In this document: positions 37,875 to 50,172 of the stretch, in pieces
Layout: every line of letters starts with the position of its first letter
Position numbering within the stretch: the first letter of the stretch is position 1
Assembly: GCA_036785375.1 (NCBI GenBank)
Contig: JAWMAR010000034.1
Coordinates: 4,712,001-4,776,000 of the forward strand
Length of the DNA stretch: 64,000 nucleotides
Reading direction: 5' to 3'
DNA from: Leucoraja ocellata
Taxonomy: Eukaryota
Notes under the pieces: generated by a model
Database searches by the model: none
The model's input: only the letters and a program-made list of their open reading frames with translations
Told to the model about the DNA's origin: nothing
Made by a program: the position numbers and the translations under genes

Positions 37875-38205
37875 GTAGTATGGGAAACATGCCTGGGCAT
37901 GTTTGGCTGCTGAGGGTACTGGCTCGCTTATCTTCAGCGATGATACAACTGCTGATGGTGGTAGCATAATGAAGTGTATAGACACATCCTATCTGCTCAA
38001 GTTCAAACAAATGCCTCAAAATTCATTGACCAACGGTTCATTCGACAGCAAGACCATGATCCCAAACATACTGCTGAAACAACAAAGGAGTTTTTCAAAG
38101 GTAAAGAATGGTAAATTCTTGAGTAGCCAAGTCAATCACCTGATCGGAATCCATTTGAGCATGCCATATAGAGAAAACGGAAGACGACTAGCCCCCAAAA
38201 CAAGC
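37875..38205 (+). mobile_element. Tc1-family transposase fragment (decayed)
   Basis: Encodes WACLAAEGTGSL and QQDHDPKHTA...PSQSPD.NP.EH, the DD34E region. Confidence 0.8.
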
Positions 38206-38274
38206 ATTCTCAACATTGCAAAGTATCAGTTCTATACACAAAGGCAATGTCTGCAATGAGGTAGAGGTGAATTA

Positions 38275-38865
38275 GACATTACCTTGGCTTATGGAAAGAC
38301 TGTTCAGAAACCTGATAACAGAGGGGAAGAAGCCCTTGCAGTGCATGCTTCTGTGTCTTCTGTTGAAGGGGAGCAGAAAAAAGATGGAATGACCAGGGTT
38401 CAGCAGGCCTTTGATTATGTTGGCTACTTTTCTGAGGAAGCGTGAAGTTTAGATGGAATCTGTTGTGGGAAGTCCGGTTTGTGTGATGGACTGGGCTACA
38501 TCTACAACTCTCTGCAATTTCTTGCGGTCTAAGGTAAAGCTTTTCGCAAACCAAGCTGTGACGTAACCCAACAGTATAATTTCTATAGTGCATCTATAGA
38601 AGTTTGTAAGCGTCATTGGAGACATGTCAAACTTCCTCAGTCTCCTCAGGAAGTAGAGGCAAGGTGTGCCTTCTTGACCGTTGCGTCAGTGTGGCTGGTC
38701 TATGACAGATCATTGGTAATATGCCAAGAAATATGAACCTCGCAACCATCTCCACTTTGGCACCATTGATGCTGATTAGGGCATATACTCCCACCTCTCT
38801 TCCTGATGTCAATAACTAGCTCCTAGTCTTGCTGACATTGAGGGAGAGGTTATTGTCCTGATACG
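38275..38865 (-). mobile_element. Rex1/Babar-like LINE fragment
   Basis: Encodes INGAKVEMVARFIFLG; 3' region homologous to other copies. Confidence 0.65.
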
Positions 38866-41829
38866 GTTACACAAATATGCCTGTTATGTTTTTGAGAAGG
38901 CACAGTTCCAATGTCAATATGTGTCATCTTCACATTTCACTTTTAGACTCAGGATAAGGTGCAAGTTTTACTGGGATTGCCTTCCTAGTCTATCCTCACG
39001 ATCCTTGAGACCTGAAGAATTAAAAAATAGTCATATGCCATTTTGACTTGGAAATGTATCACTGTTCTTTCATTGAAGATAGACCGAAAATGCTGGAATA
39101 ACTCAGCGGGACAGACTTCTCTGGATAGAGGGAATGGGTGATGTTTCACATTGAGACCCTTCTTGAGATTGTCCTTTCATTATTGTTGAGTCAATCCTGG
39201 AGCTTACTTCAACTGAAGACTACTTGTGTCTCACAGACTGGAATGATTCCAAGAGGTGATTCACCAGCACCTTCTCAAAAGCAGTGGACATTAAATGCTG
39301 AGCTTGATGCAATGCTCACGAGTGAATTAAAATAAATCATTAACTCTGTGAATTATCAGACATGACAAATAGTATTTTCTCAAAATTCTGCCTGCTTTTA
39401 ACAAAATTGAAAAACAGTCCTTTAAACTAATGGGCTTATAAAGTTGATTCAAAATTAAACTGCTTGGATTTAATGCCCTAGTAGATCGAGCTTGTGCTGT
39501 TAACTTTGACCTCAAGCATACCAGACCCATCTGTCTTTGACTGTCTTGTTTTCAATAACACAAACAGTGCTATTATCTGTATCTTAGACAAACCTTGGCT
39601 GACTTACTTATAAACAGCAAACATTGTGCCAGGTAATGCCTGCCAGGATTACTTCACCTACCCAGTGCAGATGTAGACAGCCTTTCAACCTCCTCAAGGC
39701 CTGAGGGATGACTGGGCAGGCATCTTTAGTGCTTTGAAATCCATTTGACATAGTTACAAAAGGTGTCAAATGTAGGTAAAAGCAAACAGAAATCCTGTCG
39801 ACCTGTTGAGTAAATACAGTTTTTTTTTAGGTTATGCATGTAGTATCTTGCTTTAGTGATTCTGCTCTGAAAGTCGGGCATAGTGGACCCTCACAGTTAT
39901 TTATTCATCTCATATTCACTGGCACGCCTAAATTGTATATGTTATCAGGAATTTAAGCTGCCATCTGTAACTTGCTGTACTATTTCATCAACGGTCCCAA
40001 CCCATTTTGAATTAACAGATTTTCACTTGTTAAAATACCAGAATGGTACATGATTGTGATACATGCTAATCTTATGAAATCACTGACAGTAATTTCAACT
40101 CTTTTGATCATCTGCATCCCTTTATTGAATTATGCAGCCATAAAAAGTCTAACAAATGTAATCCAGTCTGAATAGTTGAGTGATAACTAGCTTTCACTGT
40201 GAGTCCCAGACAAATTGGCCGCTCTTGTTGAAGTTGCAAATGAGTGGAAATTGCTTAACTAATGCTGAAGGTATTTAATTGCTTATGCGATTCAACAGTT
40301 ACATTATTCTAGCATTTACATAGATTTCTTAAGGCTTTGGTTTTCACATTGGCCAGACAAACTATGCCTGAGGGCAGGACTACAGGGTGAAATTTGGGCA
40401 TTAACTACATCATTGAATATAATTTTTTTAAATTCAATTTGCATGCTATTAAACAAATGGGGATATAGTGCTTGCAGCATTGGACATTTTATTGGAACTC
40501 AACGTGGTCATTAATTATAAAATGTCTGTATTTCTTAGAAAGATTATTGCTTTTGTTACATTGTGAAAGAGATATCTTGCTGAAAGACAAGTCTAGATCC
40601 GCAAGTCCCTCATCTTCAAATGTTAATGCTGTTCTTAATATGGATACGGACCTGGATTATTTTATTGCAATCATTCCAAATTCCCTTCACAAGAGTCTTG
40701 AAATGGGTTGGTGTTTCAGCAGAATGATGAGAAGGTGCCTTCTCCACACGTCTTTTTTAGTTTTGTTCCTAAGGTTGATATTTAAAATTTGTAAGAAATT
40801 ATGCTCGGGCAACTATATGTATTTGTACCTGTAATTGCTTTAACTGGCACAGTTTTGAAGAATTAGGTGTACAATGTATTTATCAGAAAACTAATCATGT
40901 AAAGTTCAATCTATTTTTTTGTGAATTGTAGTATGAAAGCTCAGTATAATGAGAAATGGCATAATTAGATTAAAGCATTTTCTTGCGTCTTTCCTGATCT
41001 ACTTTAATTGACCACAATCAGAGGCCAGAAGATCAGATTGAGGACAGTGGCATTTTTAAACTGTTCATGAATACAATTTCAGGCTTCATTTCAAATGAGT
41101 TATTCTTATATTTTTTGAAAAATGGTCTGCAGATTCGGGCAGCAAGCACTGTGTGCACTGGAGTTTGTTTAAGTGGAAGGGAATCTGATTGAAACACAAA
41201 ACTTTGGCAAGGCTAGATGCAGGGAGGATGAATTACATGCAGGGAGTATGTTTGCCCTGGCTGAGGAGACCTAGAAAGAGGAGACGGGATAACAGACTTA
41301 GATGCAGAGAAACGTCTTCAATAGAAGGTGGTCATTCTGCAGAATGGTCTCTCACAGAGAATGATAAGGGTCAAATTGCTGAATATATTCAGATATAAAA
41401 GCCATCAAGTATTTTGGGGGGAGAGCAAGAATATAGTGTTGAGGTAGAGGGTAGGGTTGTGTGCTCTCTTTTTTGTCTGCTTCTGTGTAACCCCAGTAAC
41501 ATTCATCCGACCGGTGGAGACGATTATTTACTATTGATTGCTGAGAACATGGAACATGCTCCTAAGCTTCCTAATAGATCGTGAGAGGCTGGTGGATTTT
41601 GTCCAGCACAGGAGGGTTGACCTCTCTTCAAAGGTAGGGAGGGTGCAGCGCACACGCTAGGATCACCAATGATGCAGTTCAGACACATCAGGCAGTTTTC
41701 ATTGTACCTGATTCTGCACTCAGATGCTGGATACAAAATGCTGGAGTAACTCAGCGGGTCAGGCAGCATCTCTGGAGAAAAAGGATAGGTGATATTTCAG
41801 GTCGGGACCCTTCTGAAGGTTGCTGATGA

Positions 41830-42605
41830 CCACTGTGATGGACGGAATCACGAACAATTATGAGATGGAGTATAGGAAGGAATAGAGAACCATTCCTTCA
41901 GAAATCTCTCCTTCAATGTAAGCATGATGAAGGAGACAGTTATCGACTTCAGGAAGTATAGTGGAACACATTCCCAAGATAAACTGTTGTGGACCAACCG
42001 CATTGACGTGACAGTTAAGAAGGCACACTAACACTTCTGCTTCCTGAGGAGACTAATGAAATTTGACCTGTTTCTAATCACCCTTAGAACGTTCGCCAGA
42101 TGCGCCACAGAAAGCACACTGTCGGGTTGTATCACAGCCTGGTTTTGGAACAGCACAGCCCAAGACCGCTAGAAATTGAAGGTTTGTAAACGTAGCCCAG
42201 TCCATCACACAGACCAGATTTCCCGCCCTTGACTCCATCTACACTTTATGCTGTCTCGGAAAAAGCAGCCAACATGATCAAAGACGTCTTCTCCCATCCA
42301 CCAGATGGTAAAGAAGCCTGAGAGCACACACTACTGGACTCAGGAATAGCTTCTTCCCCTCTTATTACCAGGCTTTTGAACAGTCCTTCCATAAGCTAGG
42401 ATACATTCCGAATCACTCGGACATTGGATTTTAGCTGTGGAACTGATGCGCAACAATGCTGAGAACTATGTTCTGCACTCTGTATCTTCCCCTTTGCTCT
42501 ATCAATTGTACTTGGGTTTGACTTGATTGTATTCATGCATCTGATCTGTTTGGATAGCATGCAAAACAAAGCTTTTTGTTGTATCTTGGCACAATAATAA
42601 ACCTA
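41830..42605 (+). mobile_element. Rex1/Babar-like LINE 3' fragment
   Basis: FLRRL..F, ESTLSGCITAWF motifs and a 3' UTR ending AATAATAAA. Confidence 0.7.
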
Positions 42606-43339
42606 AATGTCTGATGCCAGAAAAATAATCGATAGAACAATAAACATAAAAGTGGATATATAGTTGTTTACCAAATTGCCAAACACTGCAATTCGGCAAA
42701 ACACACCATATTGATGATTTTCATCTTGTAATACTTTTTATTTTCAAACTTGTCTAGACAAATATTTTGCCTGTAATGAGCTGTACTGGATGTCTGACAA
42801 CATAGGCGTTAGATGGGAGATGGCTTGAAATATAGCTGGATGTTGCCAGTGTACTGACAGAGCTGATGCTGGGTTTTTGGATGATGCTGCTGAGGGAGAT
42901 TTTGTAGGTGGAACAATATGTTTCCAAGAACTTGGAGGACTCTTGGAGGTAACAGTGTGGCAACATGGAGAAAAACTATATGGAGTCTTCTCTGCTCAGT
43001 TACATCTTAGACGGATCCCATTTAGACTTTTAACTGTGCTTGCAAATGTCTGAGATAACTTCTATTGTAATCTCATCATGAATATTGTGTAGATAATTTG
43101 GGAAAATGTATTTACAGATTCAGTTGGTTTTATTTGTTTCAATTAACTGTGGGAGCGGCTTCTATTCAATTGATCTGAATCTGTGAGAGTGGACAATCCA
43201 ATTTCTTTAAAAATGCATTTGGCTCAGATTGGACAACTGATTAAAGAAACATTTAGCTGTCAAATTGCTTGATTTAACAATCACTTATCTACCAAAGTTT
43301 TATTCTCCAGCTGAAGGAAACTGACCCTCACCTGCCAAT

Positions 43340-44760
43340 CCCCTTTGTCTTCTGAGGAAGTAGAGGTGTTGATGTGTTTTTCTGGTTGTAGCTTCAATGT
43401 GGCTGATTCAGGACAGATTGTTGGTGATATTTATGCCAAGCAACTTGATGCTCTCAGTGATTTCCTCTTCGGCAACATCGATGTTGTTTGGGACGTATTC
43501 CATCGTGCTTCCTGAAGTCATTAACTAGCTCCTTTGTCTTGCTGACATCGAGGGAAAGGTTGTTGCCTTGACACAATGTTACTAAACACTCTTATCGTCT
43601 TCCTATACTCTTGACTCATCATTGCTCAAGATCAGGCCCACTACATTGGTGTCATCTGCAAACTTAAATAGAGTTAGAACAGAATCTGGCTGCACAGTCA
43701 TGAGTGTATATGGAATGTAGTATGGAGCTGAGAACGCATCCTCGCGGGGCACAGGCTATATGAGAATTATTCTGGTGGATGTATTGTCACCTATCCTCAC
43801 TGATAGTGGTCTACGTATCAGAAAGTTGAGGATCCAGTGGCAGAGGGGGTTGCTGACTACTAGGTCCCGGAGTTTGGAGATGAGTTTGGAGGCGGTGCAG
43901 AAGGGAAACTCCTGCGAGGCACCTCAGAGCCATGCAAGAGCAGACCTGGTGGCCAGCACGAACAACTGGCGGACGGCTGAGAGAGCGGACGGGCTCACCG
44001 GCCACCAATAACCAAGACCAGCAGCTTCCGAGAACGAGGATTGGCCCGATGGCCACAATGAACAAAGACTCAGTGGGTTGTTGCCTACAGGGGGAAGCTC
44101 GGATGCCCTGAAGACAGGAGAGTCAAGGAGGGAGCAGTTGGTGATGACGGATGCGTAGAGTGGGCCGGGGTATTGTCTCCAGCGCCGTCAAGGTCGGCTG
44201 CAGGTACCCCTCGGGACATAGGCGGTTCGGCAGGACGAGGAACATAAGGTCATGGGCCTGCAGCAGCCTAGGCTTGCTTGGACCGGGGGTGCTCCAGTAT
44301 TTCCAACATGTGGACTAAACTTGGACTTTTTTTTGTATTGTAAATGGCGTCAAAATATGGCAACTCCATTTGTGGGCTGTACAAAAGATGGAGCTATGGT
44401 CAATAAATAGGAGTCTAACGTAGGAGCCCTTGTTGTCCAGGTGTTCCAGAAATGAGTGTAGGTCCAGGGAGATGGCGATTGCTGTGGACCTGTTGCAACA
44501 GTAAGCAAACTGTAGTAGATCAAGGCTGCCTGGGAGGCTGTGCGTCATCACCAGTCTTGGAAGCACTTCATGATGGTGGATATCATTTAGGAGGCTGCCT
44601 TGCTTTTCTTTGATGCTGGTCTTCTTAAAGCAGGTGAGGACCTCAGAATGGAGCAGTGAGTGGGTAAAGATGTTTGTGAATATGCCTGCCAGCTGATCTG
44701 CACATGCGGCCATGGACTCCAGTTACTATCCGTGGATTAATTCTCAGGAAGGCCACTTAC
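43340..44760 (-). mobile_element. Rex1/Babar-like RT fragment split by a GC-rich insert (~43890-44385)
   Basis: Encodes ACADQLAGIFTNIF..LQFAY..YVRLLFIDHSS, with FADDT downstream. Confidence 0.75.
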
Positions 44761-45510
44761 CACTATTGCATCTGCTACAGTAACCGTGGGTACAGGCGCA
44801 CCCGAGGCTGACAAGGGTGCACCCGAAAATTCAGCCACATAGCACTGCAAATATGCCAATTTAGTTAGTATGTCATAGGTGTATTAAAATATACCAGTAT
44901 TTATAATCAAGGACACCAAAATGTTCAACAGCAGTGAAAAAATTGCAGTATTGCTTGTAACATGAACAAGGAAAACAACCACAAAACAACCCTGCGGTAC
45001 CTCTGGTCTGCCTCATTAAACATTCAGGGTGGTATCCGTGCCAATCACTTTTCTCTGTCCAGAAAGATTCAGTGGCACGCAAGCAGGCTGTGGTGCCTGG
45101 AGAAGGAAGGGGGTGAGAGAGAGATGTTTTTGATGGAGCTAAAGGTGAAGATGTGTTTTTAATTATTTTAGTCGACTTCTTTACTGAACCAGATGCTAGT
45201 CAACTGTAATTATGAATACGTGAAAAGAAATGCTGTTGGTTGCAGCTCTATTTGCAATCACTGGCATAGCTTTCTGCTGCCTCACAATGCACTGCTTCCT
45301 CTTTGATTGCCCCATAGTGTTATAAAGCTGAAATACCCTTGTTCTACAGAAACCTGCTTCCCAGCACAATTCTTTTATGAGAGGAAAGACAAGTACTGAC
45401 AACCGGGGACATTTTTTACTGACATTGGTTTAGGGGGGAGATTCCTGCAGCATTTTCTCTCTCTTTTTCTTTCACTTCTTGTAAGTACATTATTTGCTTC
45501 GGCGTGATTA

Positions 45511-47760
45511 AAGCGAGGTCTGTCTATGCGAGCAAGGCCTTTGATGTTTTTTCCCCTCAGTTGATCACACTGGTCTGAGTCTTTGAGGCTTGCATTGTAC
45601 CACCGTCCTAAACTCTTGACTGGCAGCTCTGACACCATCGGAATGGGTGTTTCATCAATGTGGAATCGCTTCTCTGATGATGGATATGCTCCTAGATTTG
45701 CTGGGTTTCATATTCATCCGGGCCCATGTTATGTTCGCATGAAGCTTTTCCAGCAGGCGCTTGGTACATGCAATGGTTGAAGTCAAGGTGGTCATGTCAT
45801 CCATGTAGGCGCGAATGGGAGGTAGCCGCTGCCCAGACTGCAACCGCTCCTCCTATGACCCACTTGGAAGCTCGGATGATCACTTCCATCGCCATTGTAA
45901 AGGCTAGCGAGGAGATGATGCAACCTGCCATTATTGCCATTACCAGTGATTGCCATGATGTTGTGTATTCTGTTGTTGTAATACAGAATTGCAAGTCTTG
46001 GAAGTAATTTCTGACCAGGTTTGTAATGGTCTTTGGCACATGGAAGAACTTGAAGGCTGTCCAGAGGAGAGAATGGGGAACAGATCCAAAAGCATTGGCT
46101 AGGTCCAAGAATAAGACGTGCAGATCTCTTCATTCCCTTTTTGCAGACTGGATTTGATGCCATATCATGCTTGTGCGCTCTAAGCATCCAGAGAAGCCTG
46201 GCATACCAAATTTCTGTACCGACGTATCAATCAGGTTGTTCTGTTTCAGGTAGATTATCATCCTTTGAGCAACAATGCTAAAGAAGATCTTCCCGTCAAC
46301 ATGTAAGAGATTGATTTGCTGTAATTGGTCGATGTTTGAGGCATCTTTTCCCTTGGGGATCACCACTCCCCCTGCTCTTCGCCATGCTTTTGGGATGCTT
46401 TACTTTTTCCATGCTACCTTCATTTGCCTCCATAAGAACCGTAGAACATTTGGAGCATTTTTGTACAGCTGGTATGGAACTCCGTTTGGTCCTGGAGCTG
46501 AAGCTGCCGTTGCCTTCCTTACGGCTTTCTCGACTTTGCTCCATCTTGGGAAGCTGTCGTCCAACTGGTGTTCTGGTTGAGGAATGGGTGGCATGTCTGG
46601 AGGTACCCCCCTCTGCTCAAATCTTTGGTTGTCTGTACGTTGATTTTAGGTGATTCTCCAATTCCCTCTTTGACACCTTAAGTGACCCGCTCTTTTCCTT
46701 TGTGAAGAGTCCTTTCACAAATCTGAAGGGATCCTTGTAGAAGGATGTTCTTGCCCTCTCCTTCTTCTTGCGTCGAGTTCTGGGGGTTTCTGCTCTCCGC
46801 AGTCTTCCCAGGCGTTCCTTTAGATCTGCTTGCAGGAGGTTGATGCCCACTCTTTCCTCCTGTGAGGATTTCCTCCAGCGTTTCCTCAGGTCCCTTCTCT
46901 CTTTGATTAGGCACTCGATTTCTCGCTGCCTTCTGAGCTTGGGTGTTTCCTTCTTTTTGGTTCAGAAATTTTCTGCCCCGTATGAGTAGATCAGATCACT
47001 CATTTTCTCCAGTTTCTTCTCCACTGTTCCTTGAAGTCCGTCTAGGATCTTACTCAAGTCTGCGTCGATTGTTGCCCACTCTTTCTTGCTGCTGGATCTT
47101 GGCCACTTCACATGATGTCTGTGGCCTTGCATCTTCTTCTCCAAAGCAGGCTGAGTCTGGCTGGATTCCGGGTTCTCAGATGTTGTGCTTGAATTACTCT
47201 CTTTAGCCACTGGGGTATTGATGCTCGTTGGACTGTGGGTTGTATCCTGCCGCTGAGCTTCACTCGACTGATTTGATCTTTCTCTCATGAAATACTAATC
47301 AATGCGAGGTCCCGGTCTCACCTCCTTCAAGCACTTCATCTGCCCTTGATGTATTTTTAGGCCTCTGATGGATGTTACCTTGGACCAGCCGCAGCTACAC
47401 ACTTGGAGTTCTTGTCCTGCAGCTGATGTTGTATGTGCCATGCCAATTATTTTCTTCATCGTCGTGTTCATGCCAGGGTCAGTTACCGGGTTATTATCCG
47501 ATGAGTCATCTTCCGCCCCTGCTCTCGCAGACTCGGGGTATTTTCCACTTTTAATTTATCGTAGCCAAGAGGGGTGACTCCTATTCACAATTCACAGTGA
47601 CGGAGCCTGCCGTCATGGATAGCTAGTTCATGACAACCCCGTTGGGGTCTTTTCCTCCTGTCAGCTGTCTTTCCACGCCGTCACATGGTCTTTCCCTGGT
47701 TGTCAGCTGCACTTTCACAGCAGTCACTGGATTTCTCCAGCTTATCAGTTGGGCTTATAG
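45511..47760 (-). mobile_element. HERO-like (RLE clade) non-LTR retrotransposon, 5' half: UTR, N-terminal zinc finger, RT
   Basis: Encodes CSCGW..GLKIHQGQMKC, PGPNGVPY, DLANAFGSVPH, IMAGC..S.LAF, AYMDDMT and KSLGRWY; frameshifted. Confidence 0.85.
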
Positions 47761-47829
47761 GACTTGATATTACAATCCCTACTATAATTGGCACCTTCTT
47801 ACTATCTTGAGTGGGGGTAAGGGTAAAAA

Positions 47830-49066
47830 CTTAATTGGGGTCATCAGGTGGGACCCTCCTTCCTTGGTGTTTTGTTGATAGGCCCACGACACCTCCAGAG
47901 GGCTCAACAGCAACACCTGACGTCCCAGGTGCGCTCCCCTCCTTTACCCCTCTTGCTGGTCATTTTGCAGCCCAGTTGGAGTCTTTCCTCTTATGCCACA
48001 GCCAGTTGCTGCTTCACTCGGCAGCCTCCGACAGCGACCTGATGGCTTGCCGGAAGGCCTGTCCTCGAACTCCCATTCCTTTCAGGAGTCTGGTTGTTGA
48101 CATGGCTACAAACCCTCTACAACCAACCCCTACAGGGAGCACCTGAGTACGCCAGCCTCAGGTTCTGCCTCGGCTGCTAAGTTTGAATACTTCAGACATT
48201 TGCATTCATGTGCTTCACCAACTGCAGCCTCCCAAGGCACAGTTAACTCCACGATGTACAGGGACTTCTGTGGGGTTGACCACAAGATCAGGTCTGGCCA
48301 GAGATTAGTTGTGATGATCTCTGGTGGAAAGATGAGCTTCTGGTCTAGATCAGCCTGCATTTTCCAGTCCCGGGCAGTGTCCAGGAGAGTCTGTTCCTTT
48401 TTTGCAAGTGGCTTCTCTGGAAGTTGTCCTGCCTTTACAACAGAGGTGGTGCTCGAGAAACCAGGTGTTGGGGGAGGGAGGGCCTTGGTGGTAGTTCTCC
48501 TTTCTTCCAAGGCCATTTGTCGCAGGACCTGATTGTGTCTCCAGGTGTAGCGGGAAGAACATCGTAGGTGGCTCTGATGATGAAGCTAAGACTGCTTCCT
48601 TCCATCTCCCACAGATCCTTCCAGGTATGCTTACGATGCTCCATGTTTCCCCAGGTAGTCCAGCGGCCCTGTTTGGACTGAGACTGCCTTTGCACATCTC
48701 TCTGCCTCCTCTTGTTGACGGACCTCAGCAACTACCAGATTTCTTCTCTGGGTGGATGTTGCCTTGTGCCATGTGGGTCGACTTGTCCCGAGTCCAATCA
48801 CACCTCTTCTCTGCTGCACCTGTCCAACAATGTCTCCATGCTTGAGAGCAGATTTTGTTTGCTGTACAGCCTCCGATGGAGTCCACTTCCTCCCAGTTGT
48901 CAGTCTGGGAGCAGCCGCTTGCACCGCTCATCTTGAGACTCAGTCAGGGTCATGTCCAGCCCCAAATTGGTGCATTTGTATTCTTCTGTGAGGCTAGTGA
49001 CAGGCCGTTCCAGAGCGCTGTGTCCATACAAGCCGATATTGCTGAGGCAACGCGGGAGGCCAAGCA
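47830..49066 (-). mobile_element. HERO-like element 3' half: post-RT region, RLE endonuclease, 3' UTR
   Basis: Encodes LGLPRCLSNIGLYG, TGRKW, YDVLP, RHNQVL, PDLILWS..VELTVPWE..K.LKY and NWAAK*, with the stop at 47960-47962. Confidence 0.85.
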
Positions 49067-49286
49067 AACACAGCTCTAGGTACTAATAACAACGGCGTTA
49101 TGCAGTCTGCATTCATAAATTGTGAATTCAATCAATGGTCTTGTTGATTTTTCTGCACTATGTTCCCATCTTGCTGTGTTGAGTATGCTTTTAAAAAAAA
49201 TCAAATGTTAATATGAGGAAGTTCAGTTTTGCATGGCCAGAAAATGATTAAATTATCTGAAATGGAGGAAAGATTTTCTCTCATTC

Positions 49287-49306
49287 TGACACCAGCAGAT
49301 GGCGCA
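49287..49306 (+). promoter_or_regulatory. Candidate CTCF site
   Basis: CCAGCAGATGGCGC matches the CTCF core consensus. Confidence 0.45.
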
Positions 49307-49629
49307 GTCACACCACTGGAGAAACACAAGATCTTAATCTCTCTAAACTTTTCAGCCATGCAAACTGTGAGATTAAACATACCATCCACGATAAGACATT
49401 AGTTTGCTTCATAATTCTTGTAATTTTATTGAAGATTAAAATTAAAAACAATTTGAATTTTACATAGGATTTACGGGTAATGTAATATACAGCTATATTG
49501 CACCATTTTATGTCTGTTAATAAGCTTCCTGTAAAAAGGGCAGTTTTAATAGCTAATGCAATTTTTCCTGAATTCTAATGAATGGATAACGTATGGTGCT
49601 CTTCTCATTTTTCACTAGTTAAATTAATT

Positions 49630-50172
49630 ACAGGTATCATCAAAATTTGAGGAAGGACATTCTTGCTATTGAGGGAGTGTAGTGTGGCTTCATGAGATTA
49701 ATTTCCGGGATGGCGGGACTGTCATATAATGAAAGAATGGAGCGACTGGGCTTGTATTCACTGGAATTTAGAAGGATGAGAAGGGATCAAATAGAAACAT
49801 ATAAAATTATTAAGGGATTGGACATGCTAGATACAATTTTCCGATGTTGGGGGGGCCCAGAACCAGGGGCCACAGTTTCGGAATAAGGGGTAGGCTATTT
49901 AGAACTGAGATAAGGAAAAACTTTTTCACACAGATTGTGCACTTGTGGAATTCTCTGTCAAAGAAGGCAGTGGATGGCAGCCGATTCACTGGATGCATTC
50001 AAAAGAGAGTTAGATAGAGCTCTTAGGGCTAGCGGAATCATGGGATATGGGGAGAAGGCAGGAACAGGGTACTGATTGTGGATGATCAGCCATGATCACA
50101 TTGAATGGCGGCGCTGGCTTGACAGGCCGAATGGCCTACTCCTGCACCTATTGTCTATGTATCTATGTATCA
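49630..50172 (+). mobile_element. CR1/HER1-like LINE 3' end
   Basis: Encodes ERMERLGLYSLEFRRMR; tail ..CCTATTGTCTATGTATCTATGTATC. Confidence 0.85.

Noticed and set aside
42810-42960. Candidate SNX19 exon 9 (WLEI)
   Set aside because: A TAG stop follows immediately, and there is no downstream PXC similarity.
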